A DNA stretch of 64,000 bases from Rhizodiscina lignyota (lineage: Eukaryota). Every line of letters begins with the position of its first letter. The first letter of the stretch is position 1. The stretch spans positions 124,001-188,000 of the forward strand of contig ML978126.1 in assembly GCA_010015805.1 (NCBI GenBank), in the 5' to 3' direction. Position numbers and translations under genes: made by a program. This document shows positions 38,150-48,326 of this stretch, in pieces. A model generated the notes under the pieces. It searched no databases. It had not been told where the DNA came from and saw only the letters and a list, made by a program, of their open reading frames with translations.

Positions 38150-38460
38150 ATGTGGAGAAACGGGAAGTTTCTTTCACTTATTATTTGGATCACACAAATT
38201 GTCACATCACAGTTCGGAGTGACCATGGTGGTGCGGCCCTTGCAAGGCGGTTGGGTTCACCAAAGAAGGGCTAAATCATCATACTTCTGCCGGTCCATGA
38301 TGGGGTCTGGAGGAAGATACGCAGACGCATATGGAGGAGACTGGCCATCGCCCCAAACCCGCTTCTAGCAAGAAGCGAGTTCTTTGAGCGTATTGACTTG
38401 AGATACTTGCACGGAAGGGATACATGTATTTTCTAAATTTTGCATGCAGGATTCATGGCT

Positions 38461-38620
38461 GAATGCTCTCAAGTGTCTTAGAATTGATGGCTGGATGTTC
38501 TTAAATCCCAATCTGGCTTGTTACTCTCGTAGCGTTCTTTGAATGCTCTCAAATGTCTTAGAATTAATGACTGGATGTTCTCAAATCCCAATCTGGCTTA
38601 TTACTCTCGCAGCGTTCTCA
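38461..38620. repeat. Tandem duplication of an 80-bp unit
   Basis: 38461-38540 and 38541-38620 both begin GAATGCTCTCAA and differ almost only by G/A and C/T transitions. Confidence 0.9.
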
Positions 38621-38770
38621 TCACCAAATATCTGACTATGAAATGGAAATATTACCAGTAATCAGACTGAATTATCACACCTTACTTAGCTTATTACTCT
38701 CCGAGTGTCCTTATACTAGACGGAAATGGTAATATTGCCTAAACAAGTTTACCGTCTTTTACCCACAGCG

Positions 38771-38880
38771 CACTTCCTCGTGCGGGAATCTCCTCCTCGC
38801 CGCCGCCTTATTCACGGAATATATCTGTTTAAATCGCGTCCTGCACCCACTTCCTCGTGCGGGATCTCCTCCTCGCCGCC
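38771..38880. repeat. Direct repeat of about 33 bp
   Basis: CACTTCCTCGTGCGGGA(A)TCTCCTCCTCGCCGCC at 38771-38804 and 38848-38880. Confidence 0.9.
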
Positions 38881-38953
38881 ATCTTATACTTTAACTAACC
38901 TTTAACCTTATAGGGCCATCGCAAGACAGCTCGCGAAACGTATACCTCAGCGT

Positions 38954-39460
38954 ATGCGTGTCAAACGTGACATCCCCGAGATCTCAAGCTATCTCAAAGG
39001 CGAAGTGCCGGCATTTCGTATGCTTACAACGAAGAAGCGGGCACGTACCCTCAGACATATTGCTACTATCCTCCGTATCCCTCCAAAAGCACGAAATAAA
39101 GCTGCACTTGACATAGGACAAAATGTGGAGCGACACCTAGAGCCCGAACATATCACACGTGAGGGTGTCCAAGAGGTTCAGCTCGATGCAGAAACAATGC
39201 AGATATGGCGCACACTTAGGTCACTCTCTGTTACCACGATTCGGAGCGTGCTTAACTTATCCTTCGCGGAGGCAATAGTAAGACACTCTCATTTTAAAAC
39301 TATACTTACTTACAAGAATAGCAACTCTTCTATGATCCTCGCCATCCCCAGGCCTGGAACTAGGGAGGACCAGTTCATATTCCAGGAAAAGCATCTCGGC
39401 TTGAATCCCTACGAATACTACTCCCGCAGACTCGAGTCGAACATTAAAACGAGGCACTAA
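38954..39460 (+). CDS. Hypothetical protein or gene fragment
   Basis: 168-aa ORF with plausible composition in a decayed region; no motif recognised. Confidence 0.35.
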   Translation: MRVKRDIPEISSYLKGEVPAFRMLTTKKRARTLRHIATILRIPPKARNKAALDIGQNVERHLEPEHITREGVQEVQLDAETMQIWRTLRSLSVTTIRSVLNLSFAEAIVRHSHFKTILTYKNSNSSMILAIPRPGTREDQFIFQEKHLGLNPYEYYSRRLESNIKTRH

Positions 39461-39669
39461 TAGGCCTCACGCTCTAACATGACAGGGGCGATCTAGAGAC
39501 ACAATAAGAGGAGGTATCTCGAATGGCGTCATATCGAGCGCTGCACAAGGATGCGCCTCCGCATTTTCGATCATAGTCGAAGACTATTAGAGCTAGTGGA
39601 ACTCTAGGAACGTAGAGAAGTTATCGATAGCCTCAAGGGCGGACACGGAGGGAGAAATGCAACCGACAT

Positions 39670-40503
39670 TCATGCTGACCGCTCGGTGATGGAGATGATC
39701 CAATCTGCGACTTCCTTAGGACGAGATGCGTTTGGCGCATGCCCTGATTCGATTTCTGTAACATCAATCTTGCCACCGATCTGCCTTTCCATCATCGCGA
39801 TGCTCGCTCTCTGGAGCTCGGGCTCCTGCGCAAGGTCCTTGGTACACAGTAAATACGAAACCGGCACATCTTTGAACCCAGCATGACTTAGACTAGCAGG
39901 AAACGTAGAGCCCGAATGACGAGTACTCATCTTTGCCCACTTTTCGGCCTCTTCCTTCGGCAGGTCGTTGAAGACATTGGAAGCAGCAGCCGAGATATCC
40001 GCCTGATGCAACCATCCATCATCCTATATTTCACATTAGCCCCAGACACACTAATTGCATGAAGCGAGACAGACATCAAACCTGATCTCGAATGGAGTGG
40101 CTCGGGGAAGCATATTGTCCGGCATAATAACGCTGGCATCGAATTCTCCGACTGGTAGAATGATGCATGAAATATAAGCCAGTCTCACCAGACCGCCTGA
40201 ATTGCCCTGTCGCTGTCTGTCGACTTTGCTGAGTCCTTTTGTGCTTTCTGTAGCAGGTAGACCGCCGTAAGAGTGGGCGATGAGTACGACGTCCTTGCCT
40301 TCGTTTGCGAGTTTTGAAATTTCTGAAGCGATGAAAGTGGCGTCGCCTTGCATGGTGCCTGGGACGTTGGTTTTGTAGCCTACGCTGGGAAGGTGAAGAG
40401 CTTGAATGGAGTAGCCTTCACTCGCCACATGGGTGATCCCATCACTGTACAGTTCGGGCAATGTGAAGCCTCCTGGCACGATCAAGATTGTCGGCTTATC
40501 CAT
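39670..40503 (-). CDS. Alpha/beta hydrolase (Abhydrolase_6-like)
   Basis: ILIVPGGF, nucleophile AHSYGG, YLLCTKD, SGHAP. One intron. Confidence 0.88.
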
Positions 40504-41359
40504 GGACCGCAGAGAGAATTGATTGAGGAAAAGCTGTATTGGGCACGAACAGCCTGAAGGGTTGATGACGATGACGACGATGATGATGATGTTGTTGATG
40601 AGGAGAGGGGGAGGAGGCCGCCCGCGGCCAGGAGGGCCGTGAATATCTCGGTAACTATTCAATGGTTACTAGTGTGATTGAGAAATCCAATTCCGCAAAA
40701 GATATAGCCTCCTTGATAGTTGTAATTAGCCATCATGGGAGCCTGTCGTCCTGAGCTATGAGTCCTAAACTTTCCTGCCAAGCCATCGAGACAGGCAGCA
40801 GTGTGTGGAGATGTCAAAGCTCGTGCTATTGGACACCTGGCTCGAGTCCCTTTTATGCGCAATTCCTCTATTCTGCTTGGCTATATTTTTTGATTTTTTT
40901 TTTATCCATCTTGAGCTTCGAGACAAGTGAGCCCCGGTTTCATCAATAGATCACAGACATCGTGCATGTTTTTGGATTGCGAGTAGAAAATCTGCTTCGT
41001 GGAAATGCTGCTTCAGGGGCACGATAGAGTAACCGCTCCTTCGGGCCGGAAACGGGATAGGAAAAATACGCTCTGGCTCCCCATCTTGCTTCAACATTCA
41101 ACACGGAAGTCCACAAGTGCAGCATAATGAGTCCAAACACCTCCGCGAAATAGCTCGATGAAATGAAACATGGGCAGCTACGATAAGCTTATAAAGCTCG
41201 CTCCTAGACGCGCACTCCTTCGATGGAACTAGGCCTACAATGGTCCCCAAACCCGAGGCTCTCAAGGCAGCAACATACAGATAAAATTGCTACTGGGTAT
41301 TGTAGAACGGTTTTTAGAATCCGCGAGGAATTGGAGTTGTTCCATCGACAAAGATCATC

Positions 41360-41989
41360 ATGGGATCTCAATTGAGCTCTTTTGCGGCCTCCTCTCTCTA
41401 TCGGCTCCTTCCCTCCCTCCACCTCCTGAGTTATGCCACACTTCTGGGCACGGGGATTTACCAGACATTCTTCATGACGAAGATTTGCTTTCAAGCTCTT
41501 CCTATGTCGGCTTTCACCACGTTGCAAAAGCGCGTCTTCCCCGTCTACTTCCAGATGCAGCTTGTGCTGGCTACAGCAACGCTCGTCACCTATCTACCGT
41601 CCGGTCCCGTCTCTTTGAAGAATAGCCCGACCGATTTTTCGATCCTAGCGTTAAATGTTGCCCTCTCGGCTCTGAACTTCTTTAAATACGGCCCTAGAAC
41701 AAGCGCAGTCATGGTTGAGCGCATTCATCAAGGTGTGTGGCACTCTCGAATTGGCAGTAAAACAAAAGACGATCCCAATGTTTCACGAGCACAATTGCTG
41801 ACTGCAACTTGTAAATTAGAGACGAGAGATGGGAAAAAGTACAACGCGAAGGACACTAGTGAGGAGATGCGAAAAATCAATCGGCGATTCTCAAGAGAGC
41901 ATGCGATGAGCATTCACCTCAATCTCATCGCGGTTCTAGCTTCTTTGGGATATGGATTCCGTTTGGCGCCACACATTCAAATAAAATAA
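41360..41989 (+). CDS. TMEM205/DUF4149-like membrane protein
   Basis: HLLSYATLLG, LQKRVFPVYF, YGPRT, FSREHAMSIHLNL and several hydrophobic segments. Confidence 0.8.
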   Translation: MGSQLSSFAASSLYRLLPSLHLLSYATLLGTGIYQTFFMTKICFQALPMSAFTTLQKRVFPVYFQMQLVLATATLVTYLPSGPVSLKNSPTDFSILALNVALSALNFFKYGPRTSAVMVERIHQGVWHSRIGSKTKDDPNVSRAQLLTATCKLETRDGKKYNAKDTSEEMRKINRRFSREHAMSIHLNLIAVLASLGYGFRLAPHIQIK

Positions 41990-42160
41990 TCACAGCAAGA
42001 ATAAACACTTCCAAAGATCCTTCCATTGATCTTAGATGTTACAACACTGATTATGCTAGAATGAGTCCGCCATGATAAAACCTCTCGAACACGAAGAGCC
42101 CAATAAATCGCCGAACAAATCATAGTACGGAATTCCTATTAAGCTGTACCGTTCGAATCA

Positions 42161-42342
42161 TATCCCCCTTAGCGCTAGGGCATTCCCGGACTCGGTACAG
42201 AGGTACCCGCCAGCCTCGGTACGGACGTACCCACATTACGGGGGCCTTAGCACCCAGTTCCCCCCAGAGCTGGGTACCCTACCCCCCTAGAATTTAGGTA
42301 CTAAAACCGGAAACGCCAGGTCTACCGCCAAGGGGGTTATAT
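42161..42342. mobile_element. Putative MITE-like insertion of about 180 bp
   Basis: Imperfect terminal inverted repeats: TATCCCCCTTAGCGCTAG (42161-42178) vs reverse complement of 42322-42339 match 15/18. ATAT occurs at both ends (42160-42163, 42339-42342). Confidence 0.5.
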
Positions 42343-44882
42343 AATGTTGTCCATTGCCGCAATAAATCATTCACAGAACTGCTGTCTGGTATATTGACCT
42401 TAACCCCCGGATCGTCCAGTCGCGTCTTTCCAAATGATGCAACGCTATCCCGCGATCCAAACGGGCCCAGTTTGTTCACCACAGCCCCTTTCTTCGAGTA
42501 GTCAGTCATTGTCAACTTTTCTAATTTTAGCAAGTCCTCAAAAGACTCTTGTTCACGCAGAATTGGTTCGGCAGGGTCAGAAGGAAAGTTATGGCTACAA
42601 GCGCGAGCCCTCGTACTAGACAGAGAGCGAGATATTGAGCGCGAACGCGAGCTTTGATAATCACGAGAGAGAGAACGGGATCTGGATCGTCCTCGATACT
42701 GTGAGGGAGAGCGCGATACGTCGGTAAGGCGGTTTGCTGCGAGTCCGCCTACGACTGATTCAATCAGATGACCCTTGGACCGGTGGCCAGCTTCTTTGTC
42801 GAGCAGCGTACCAACATTTGCAAAAGCCAGCATGACGGGACCCTCGCGCTTCCGAGTCCGATATGCTTCGGCGGGACTGGCGGCGGCGGCGGCGGCAGCA
42901 GCAGCAGCAATAAACGAAACGCCTCGAGGATGGAGACTGCGTGCGCTTTGGTCTGAGCCGTTGTCATATCGATCACTTCGCCCTTTGCTATCAGCTCCCT
43001 GAAGATGTTCTATCAGCAGATCCCGCCGTGCAGAGTCGAAAAGCTCAGAGTCGCTGTATGATCCGTCGTGATGTAGTCCCAGATCGCGCTGCCATGAATG
43101 CGGTATTCTTTGTTTACCAAGATCCTCGGTCGTAGCATCGCGGTTGAAAAGGATTCTATTGGGCTCTACTGGTGCTGAGTTTTGCCTGTTCCGGAGTGTC
43201 GGCCTTATTGAAGCATCATTATTCTCCCCGTCATTCCTATATGTGGCAACGTGTCTATGTCTGGTTTGTCTCCTAGGCTTCTGTTCCGTGACCTGATGCT
43301 GCCGTCCTCTGTCAAATTCAATAGTGTGATTCTCCCTCAATAATGCTGCATCAATCCACGATGCTTGGCTAAGCTGATGCGTCAGAGCCTCGAGACGTGC
43401 GCGTCTCCTTCGCTCCTTTTCTTGACTAGATCCTGCAACAGCCTGAGGAAGTGTCGGACTCCGCCATCTCTGCGGTATTGCCGGGGGCAAATGACTGGGG
43501 TATATCTTCGGGCTCTTTTCGAATCCCAATTCACCAGAGGCCGAAGCAGACGCAGTCCTGGTCCCCCCACCCCCTGAAATAACATTGCTGATATCTCTTA
43601 GCTTCATCGGAGGAGGAGGCTGATTAGTCCTTGCATAAAACCGATGAGCCGACGGCTCTCTAACGAAAGCCTCGTTGACAACATGCTTTGCGAAATGCCA
43701 CTCGTCTGCGATGTATGCTCCTCGGCGCCGGACAGACCGCTCTGTGAAACCTTCATCAATCATCCCTTGTAAGTACTCAATTTGGCCAATAAGCGATTTG
43801 AGTTGGGTGAGGCATCCATCAATTTCTTTTCGGTTGATTCGTTTCTTTTCGTCGAGATGCTCAGCTACAATTACCTTATAAAGCGAATAGTTTTCGGTGC
43901 TGCTATCACTCTCGTAGTCGTATTTGCCGCTAGTGCTATCCTCTTGGAAATGCACCATTTTGGTATGTCTCCGCCCGAGATCTCTAGTGGCAAGCCCCTT
44001 ACTCTCGACCGAAACTTGAAGCCGTGTAAGTCCCTCATCAGCGCGATTTTGAAGGTCTTGATTGTACGATGGTGGTGGGTACCAACTTCCGGGCGGTTGC
44101 TGGACGTCCTCGGGCATCTTCATCCTGGCCAACGAGATAAATGGCAGAGAACTCGAATGCTCATCAGAATTTAATGAGCGCCCAAGGTGTGATTCGTTCT
44201 GAGTATCTGAGTGCGACATTCCAGGTAGGTCTCTTTGTTGAGGGGTGAGAAGGGGTAGTATATGCGCCTCGTCCAGTGTGGGTGGTGTATTTCGGCCGAC
44301 AAGAGGTATCCTGTTGCTTATCGCTTGATTCTCCCGTGACGATGCTTTATCAAAATCCTTTTTGGAATTCTCATACTCTTTGAGAGCACCATCTCGAAGC
44401 TTGATGAGTCCTTCAATTTCTGCCCTCTGTGCGTTGATTAATGCCTTATCTTCCGAATTGCTGAGTAGTTGTGCGTGAATGAGGACATGCATGAGTAATT
44501 GCAAGTTGCTCTTCACTCGCTCCAGATCTGCTCCGTATAGGGCCAATTTTGTTTCTTTAAAGGGGAAGATCAATTTTCCGACTTTCCCTTTACGCTTGTC
44601 CACTGTTCCGCTAATTTCTCTAAAGAGAGATGAACAGCTGTTGATAGACTCCTGTGCCGTAATGATTGCATCCTTGGAGACAATTTGTGCAACTGCAGAG
44701 TCTCCGAAGATCCCCTCAAGCTCCTTGATGACTGTAGATGTCAATTTGACTTGCTGGGCTATAGCTTTGATGCGGATGTCGGAGGATGCAACGGAATCAG
44801 CATACTCATAAAGAGCTTTCGACAGCGTTATTCCTGTTGCGGCAACTTGGATTATGGAAGCTGCAAGACCGATCTCCGCCAT
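42294..44882 (-). CDS. Protein with fungal N-terminal HeLo-like/SesA-like helical domain and disordered tail
   Basis: MAEIGLAASIIQVAATGITLSKALYEY..IAQQVKLTSTVIKEL..FPFKETKL..LERVKSNLQLL N-terminus; RS-rich tract; DLLRQWTTL near the end. Confidence 0.75.
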   Translation of the reverse strand: MAEIGLAASIIQVAATGITLSKALYEYADSVASSDIRIKAIAQQVKLTSTVIKELEGIFGDSAVAQIVSKDAIITAQESINSCSSLFREISGTVDKRKGKVGKLIFPFKETKLALYGADLERVKSNLQLLMHVLIHAQLLSNSEDKALINAQRAEIEGLIKLRDGALKEYENSKKDFDKASSRENQAISNRIPLVGRNTPPTLDEAHILPLLTPQQRDLPGMSHSDTQNESHLGRSLNSDEHSSSLPFISLARMKMPEDVQQPPGSWYPPPSYNQDLQNRADEGLTRLQVSVESKGLATRDLGRRHTKMVHFQEDSTSGKYDYESDSSTENYSLYKVIVAEHLDEKKRINRKEIDGCLTQLKSLIGQIEYLQGMIDEGFTERSVRRRGAYIADEWHFAKHVVNEAFVREPSAHRFYARTNQPPPPMKLRDISNVISGGGGTRTASASASGELGFEKSPKIYPSHLPPAIPQRWRSPTLPQAVAGSSQEKERRRRARLEALTHQLSQASWIDAALLRENHTIEFDRGRQHQVTEQKPRRQTRHRHVATYRNDGENNDASIRPTLRNRQNSAPVEPNRILFNRDATTEDLGKQRIPHSWQRDLGLHHDGSYSDSELFDSARRDLLIEHLQGADSKGRSDRYDNGSDQSARSLHPRGVSFIAAAAAAAAAASPAEAYRTRKREGPVMLAFANVGTLLDKEAGHRSKGHLIESVVGGLAANRLTDVSRSPSQYRGRSRSRSLSRDYQSSRSRSISRSLSSTRARACSHNFPSDPAEPILREQESFEDLLKLEKLTMTDYSKKGAVVNKLGPFGSRDSVASFGKTRLDDPGVKVNIPDSSSVNDLLRQWTTLYNPLGGRPGVSGFST

Positions 44883-45737
44883 ATTGAGTTTCTCTCATTG
44901 CAAATGCGTCAGACTTGGAAATCGAGAAGCCTGGATAGCTCTTCGGCCTCCAGGGTCTGTCGTTTAGAACAGTGGATGTTGATCTGTCATTCCTCTCGAG
45001 ATTTAGCGCTAGGATGTCACTAAACTCTCGAGGGTGGATGGTGGAGTAGAAAAAATTTGACCCATTGTGGATGTGGAGGATACGTAACTATGGAGTAGAT
45101 GTTTGCTCGTTCTCGTCCAAGTCCAGCCTTGTCTGAGCGTTATGTACGTCAGGGCCGTCGCGAGAGGACTCGGGGAGCTTGCTCGCCGTATTACAGCGCC
45201 ACATCTGAACTCAGCCACAATGCCTTCAGGGGTAACAGACTTCAAGACGGCACGGCTCTTTAGGCCCGCAGCTTTCTGTCAACTACACGCTCCGAGGCAC
45301 GAACGACACCTCCATTATGCGTGTAGCTATCGAGCGCTCGAACTATTCGAGCGTCGCATTAGTGAATACGATAAGGGACAGCATGTCGAACGTCAGCGAA
45401 CATTTTCAGGTCCTTTTTGGGAAACATGCACAATGCAAACGGGACCTTGCTATTGGACCTTAAGGTTGTTCTTCGCAATTGCCATCGGCATTGTCTTGTA
45501 CTTCTCATCTCCTAATATATCTTTGGGTTAACCGTTGAAACTTTGTGCCTGAGCCAATCACCAAAGCCACAATGGTGCTCAAGCCCATATTCCAACGGTT
45601 CCAGATTGAACTTCAACGTTTCCACATCCAGAGTATAAAGGCGATCAGTTTCTCCTCAATCTTTTCAATCTTCAAAACATCTTCCCACTGCTATCTAAAG
45701 TCTCATTTACCTCACATTCTTTTGTGGAACGGTCGCC

Positions 45738-47492
45738 ATGGCACCGCCGCAAAGTTTACATTCCTCGCCAAGTCATTCGAAGTCTGAATACAATAAACAC
45801 ACATCTGCCCCTGTCACCTCCTCGCCGTCTAAATCCAGGCGCAAAGATGGCGAACCTCAAGCCCGAAGACATCAGGGATTGAAGCGCTTGCAATCTTTTT
45901 GCAGTCAGCACTTACATTTCAAAAGAGACGTCTCCTCCCCACGTCTGTCCTCCCCAAAACGACTCTCTCTCCGCCGCTCAAGGTCCCGATCTCCTGCTCG
46001 TATCATCAATACTCTCCCATGGTCTCGTACTTTCGATACCACACCAATGCGCTATACGGATGACTATCTCACAGCGCGGGCGGCAAACCCTCGTACAGGT
46101 GCCATTTCTCCGACCTCCTCGCGTGCCATGTCCATTGGCACGGGCGCCATTCGCTCAGTATCAGCTTCCAGTATCTTCTCCACGAGATCGGATTCTGCCT
46201 CGCCTTCCTCTTCTCCGATTTCAAGTGCTGATGAGACATATGGGTTCGGTGGTTCGCCATATGGAGCTAGCAGTCGTCTCATGCAAGATGTGACCAAAAT
46301 CGCACTGAGCACAGCACCGAGCACAGCACCAACCGGGAGAAAGCAAAGGAGTGTGACTGGGAATGGGCAGCAGATTCCATTTCAGTTCCCTTCGACGCCT
46401 GAGCGATATCCGCACAATAAAAGGATGCAGGAGATGGAGTCAGCCAAGCGATGGCGGGTGGATAACAATCGCTGGATGGTTGGAGCGAAGCAGGGTTCAT
46501 CACCGAAGGTACTGAGACATGGCCTTGCATCAACTGAACTTGGTGAAGCTCCCAAATTCGAATCCAGGGTTGCTCCCACAAGCAATCTTCCTCGACGAGT
46601 CAATTGGAACGATCATCAGGCACATGTGGAACCACAAGACGCCTCATGGTCAGTGTATGAAAGCCCGCAATTGCCTCGCGGCAGGGTCCTCGGAAGGAAA
46701 AGCAAGGAAAACATTCCTTTAGCCAATGTACGGGGCGTCAGGGAGCACAACGAAATCGACACTCCACGAAAGACAATCCCGGTACAAAATGCGACACCTG
46801 CACAAGTGGAAGCATTCAACCACTACCGGCGAAAATCACAACGACTGTCTGCGCACGAGTATGCTTCCGGGTTTGCGCCTCCAATCATCAACCTTCGGAC
46901 CAATGAAGCAGGGTTCGCCGATCGCCAAGTCTATCACACTTACGAAGATATTGTTGACGCATATGCTTCCCGAAATCGAACTGCCTGCGGAGCTGAAGCT
47001 GAAGATGGCCGTACACGCTCAGAATACCCGACCAACGAGTCCATTGAAGGTGCAGCATCCACACCGCCGAAAGCCCAGGAGCCGCGAATAGTTGAGGTTG
47101 ACTATTCGCCGTCAATATCTCCCTGCAGCAGATCGCCACATCAATTGCGTTCGAACAGCAACTCACCGTCGAAGCGGCCAGCGCTTCTGATTTACCGGAA
47201 GCCAGTCGGAGCATCGTCTTCAATCACTCTCCCCTTGGTTACTACGACATCCATCTCTTCAGGAGCCGTATCCAAACCAAACGCCATCTCACACTCTCGT
47301 TCACCTTCATCTCAAGACATTGTGGTGGTACGTAAGGACTGGATCGTTGGTGGAACAAAACTGATAGTAGCATGCTATGTTGCTGTCTGCTTGTGGTCCG
47401 TCCTGGATGCCTTACGTGCCGCTATGGTGGGCGTCCTGTGGCCGGTTTGGATGCTCTGTAGTTTTGGACAGTGGCTGCTAGGGAGCCTGTAG
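45738..47492 (+). CDS. Hypothetical Ser/Pro/Arg-rich protein with C-terminal hydrophobic segments
   Basis: 584-aa ORF, ARAANPRTGAISP block, hydrophobic C-terminus. Confidence 0.7.
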   Translation: MAPPQSLHSSPSHSKSEYNKHTSAPVTSSPSKSRRKDGEPQARRHQGLKRLQSFCSQHLHFKRDVSSPRLSSPKRLSLRRSRSRSPARIINTLPWSRTFDTTPMRYTDDYLTARAANPRTGAISPTSSRAMSIGTGAIRSVSASSIFSTRSDSASPSSSPISSADETYGFGGSPYGASSRLMQDVTKIALSTAPSTAPTGRKQRSVTGNGQQIPFQFPSTPERYPHNKRMQEMESAKRWRVDNNRWMVGAKQGSSPKVLRHGLASTELGEAPKFESRVAPTSNLPRRVNWNDHQAHVEPQDASWSVYESPQLPRGRVLGRKSKENIPLANVRGVREHNEIDTPRKTIPVQNATPAQVEAFNHYRRKSQRLSAHEYASGFAPPIINLRTNEAGFADRQVYHTYEDIVDAYASRNRTACGAEAEDGRTRSEYPTNESIEGAASTPPKAQEPRIVEVDYSPSISPCSRSPHQLRSNSNSPSKRPALLIYRKPVGASSSITLPLVTTTSISSGAVSKPNAISHSRSPSSQDIVVVRKDWIVGGTKLIVACYVAVCLWSVLDALRAAMVGVLWPVWMLCSFGQWLLGSL

Positions 47493-48326
47493 GCCCAAAA
47501 TGGTTTCGGACAGTGGTATTTGTGGGTTTGAGGCGTGGAAGAAGACGCACAAGTTGTATAGATAATCAATGGATTAGCATGAATACCATGTTTTTGTTCT
47601 TCAGCCAATACATAACGTTCTCCCCAATATCATACATCCATAATGAATACTATTCAACATATATAAATAAAATCAAGCTTGCACAGATGCTCTCAACCGC
47701 GTTGAAGAGCAACTTGCGATTTCGCTACAGGCGTTCGACTATGAAGCCCAACTATTTTTGTCATCCTCGAGGCTATTTATAAGACTAAGCATTCAAGGCC
47801 TCCAACCAAATAAACACTAGCCAGAGCACATCGAATTAGGCTTGTGATGTTATCGATTCTGTTGAAGAGCCAAACTGATAATCCCCGCCTTTTCAATATT
47901 CATCCGAATCGGTGATTTTGTCACCCTCGCGACTCCTGATAGTGCCACGACTCAGCGAAGCAGTGAGGCATGTTGAATTATGCAAAACAATGAGGTTGGA
48001 ATTCTGTGTTTAGTGTTGAAGGATTGAACGGATCATTAGTATCCGTGAAATGGTCGGAAATGATCTGCGTTCTGCAGGTGGCCTTCTCTCCGCACCTCCG
48101 CAACAGTGCTTCCGACTGACCTCACGCTTCAAGCCTAACATAATACCTGTTGATACCTTGCAGATATCATGTCTAGGCGGCGGGGAAATCCAGGTTGATC
48201 TCCGCGAGGATGGATTCATATAAGAGAATAGTGCGTAGCCCGGGCTGACTGCGCCGACGTAGGTGAAGATATCTTCCTCCATTTCCATCTCCTACGAGTG
48301 TATGTTTCGTTTGAGTCTTTCCCAAA

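Noticed and set aside
38461..38880. Repeats as a possible CRISPR array
   Set aside because: Eukaryotic context, only two copies of each unit, no spacer series or cas genes.
40561..40600. Imperfect (GAT/GAC)n microsatellite giving a hydrophobic-looking 5' extension of ORF 40051-40662
   Set aside because: Simple repeat in the 5' leader; the hydrolase more plausibly starts at ATG 40503.
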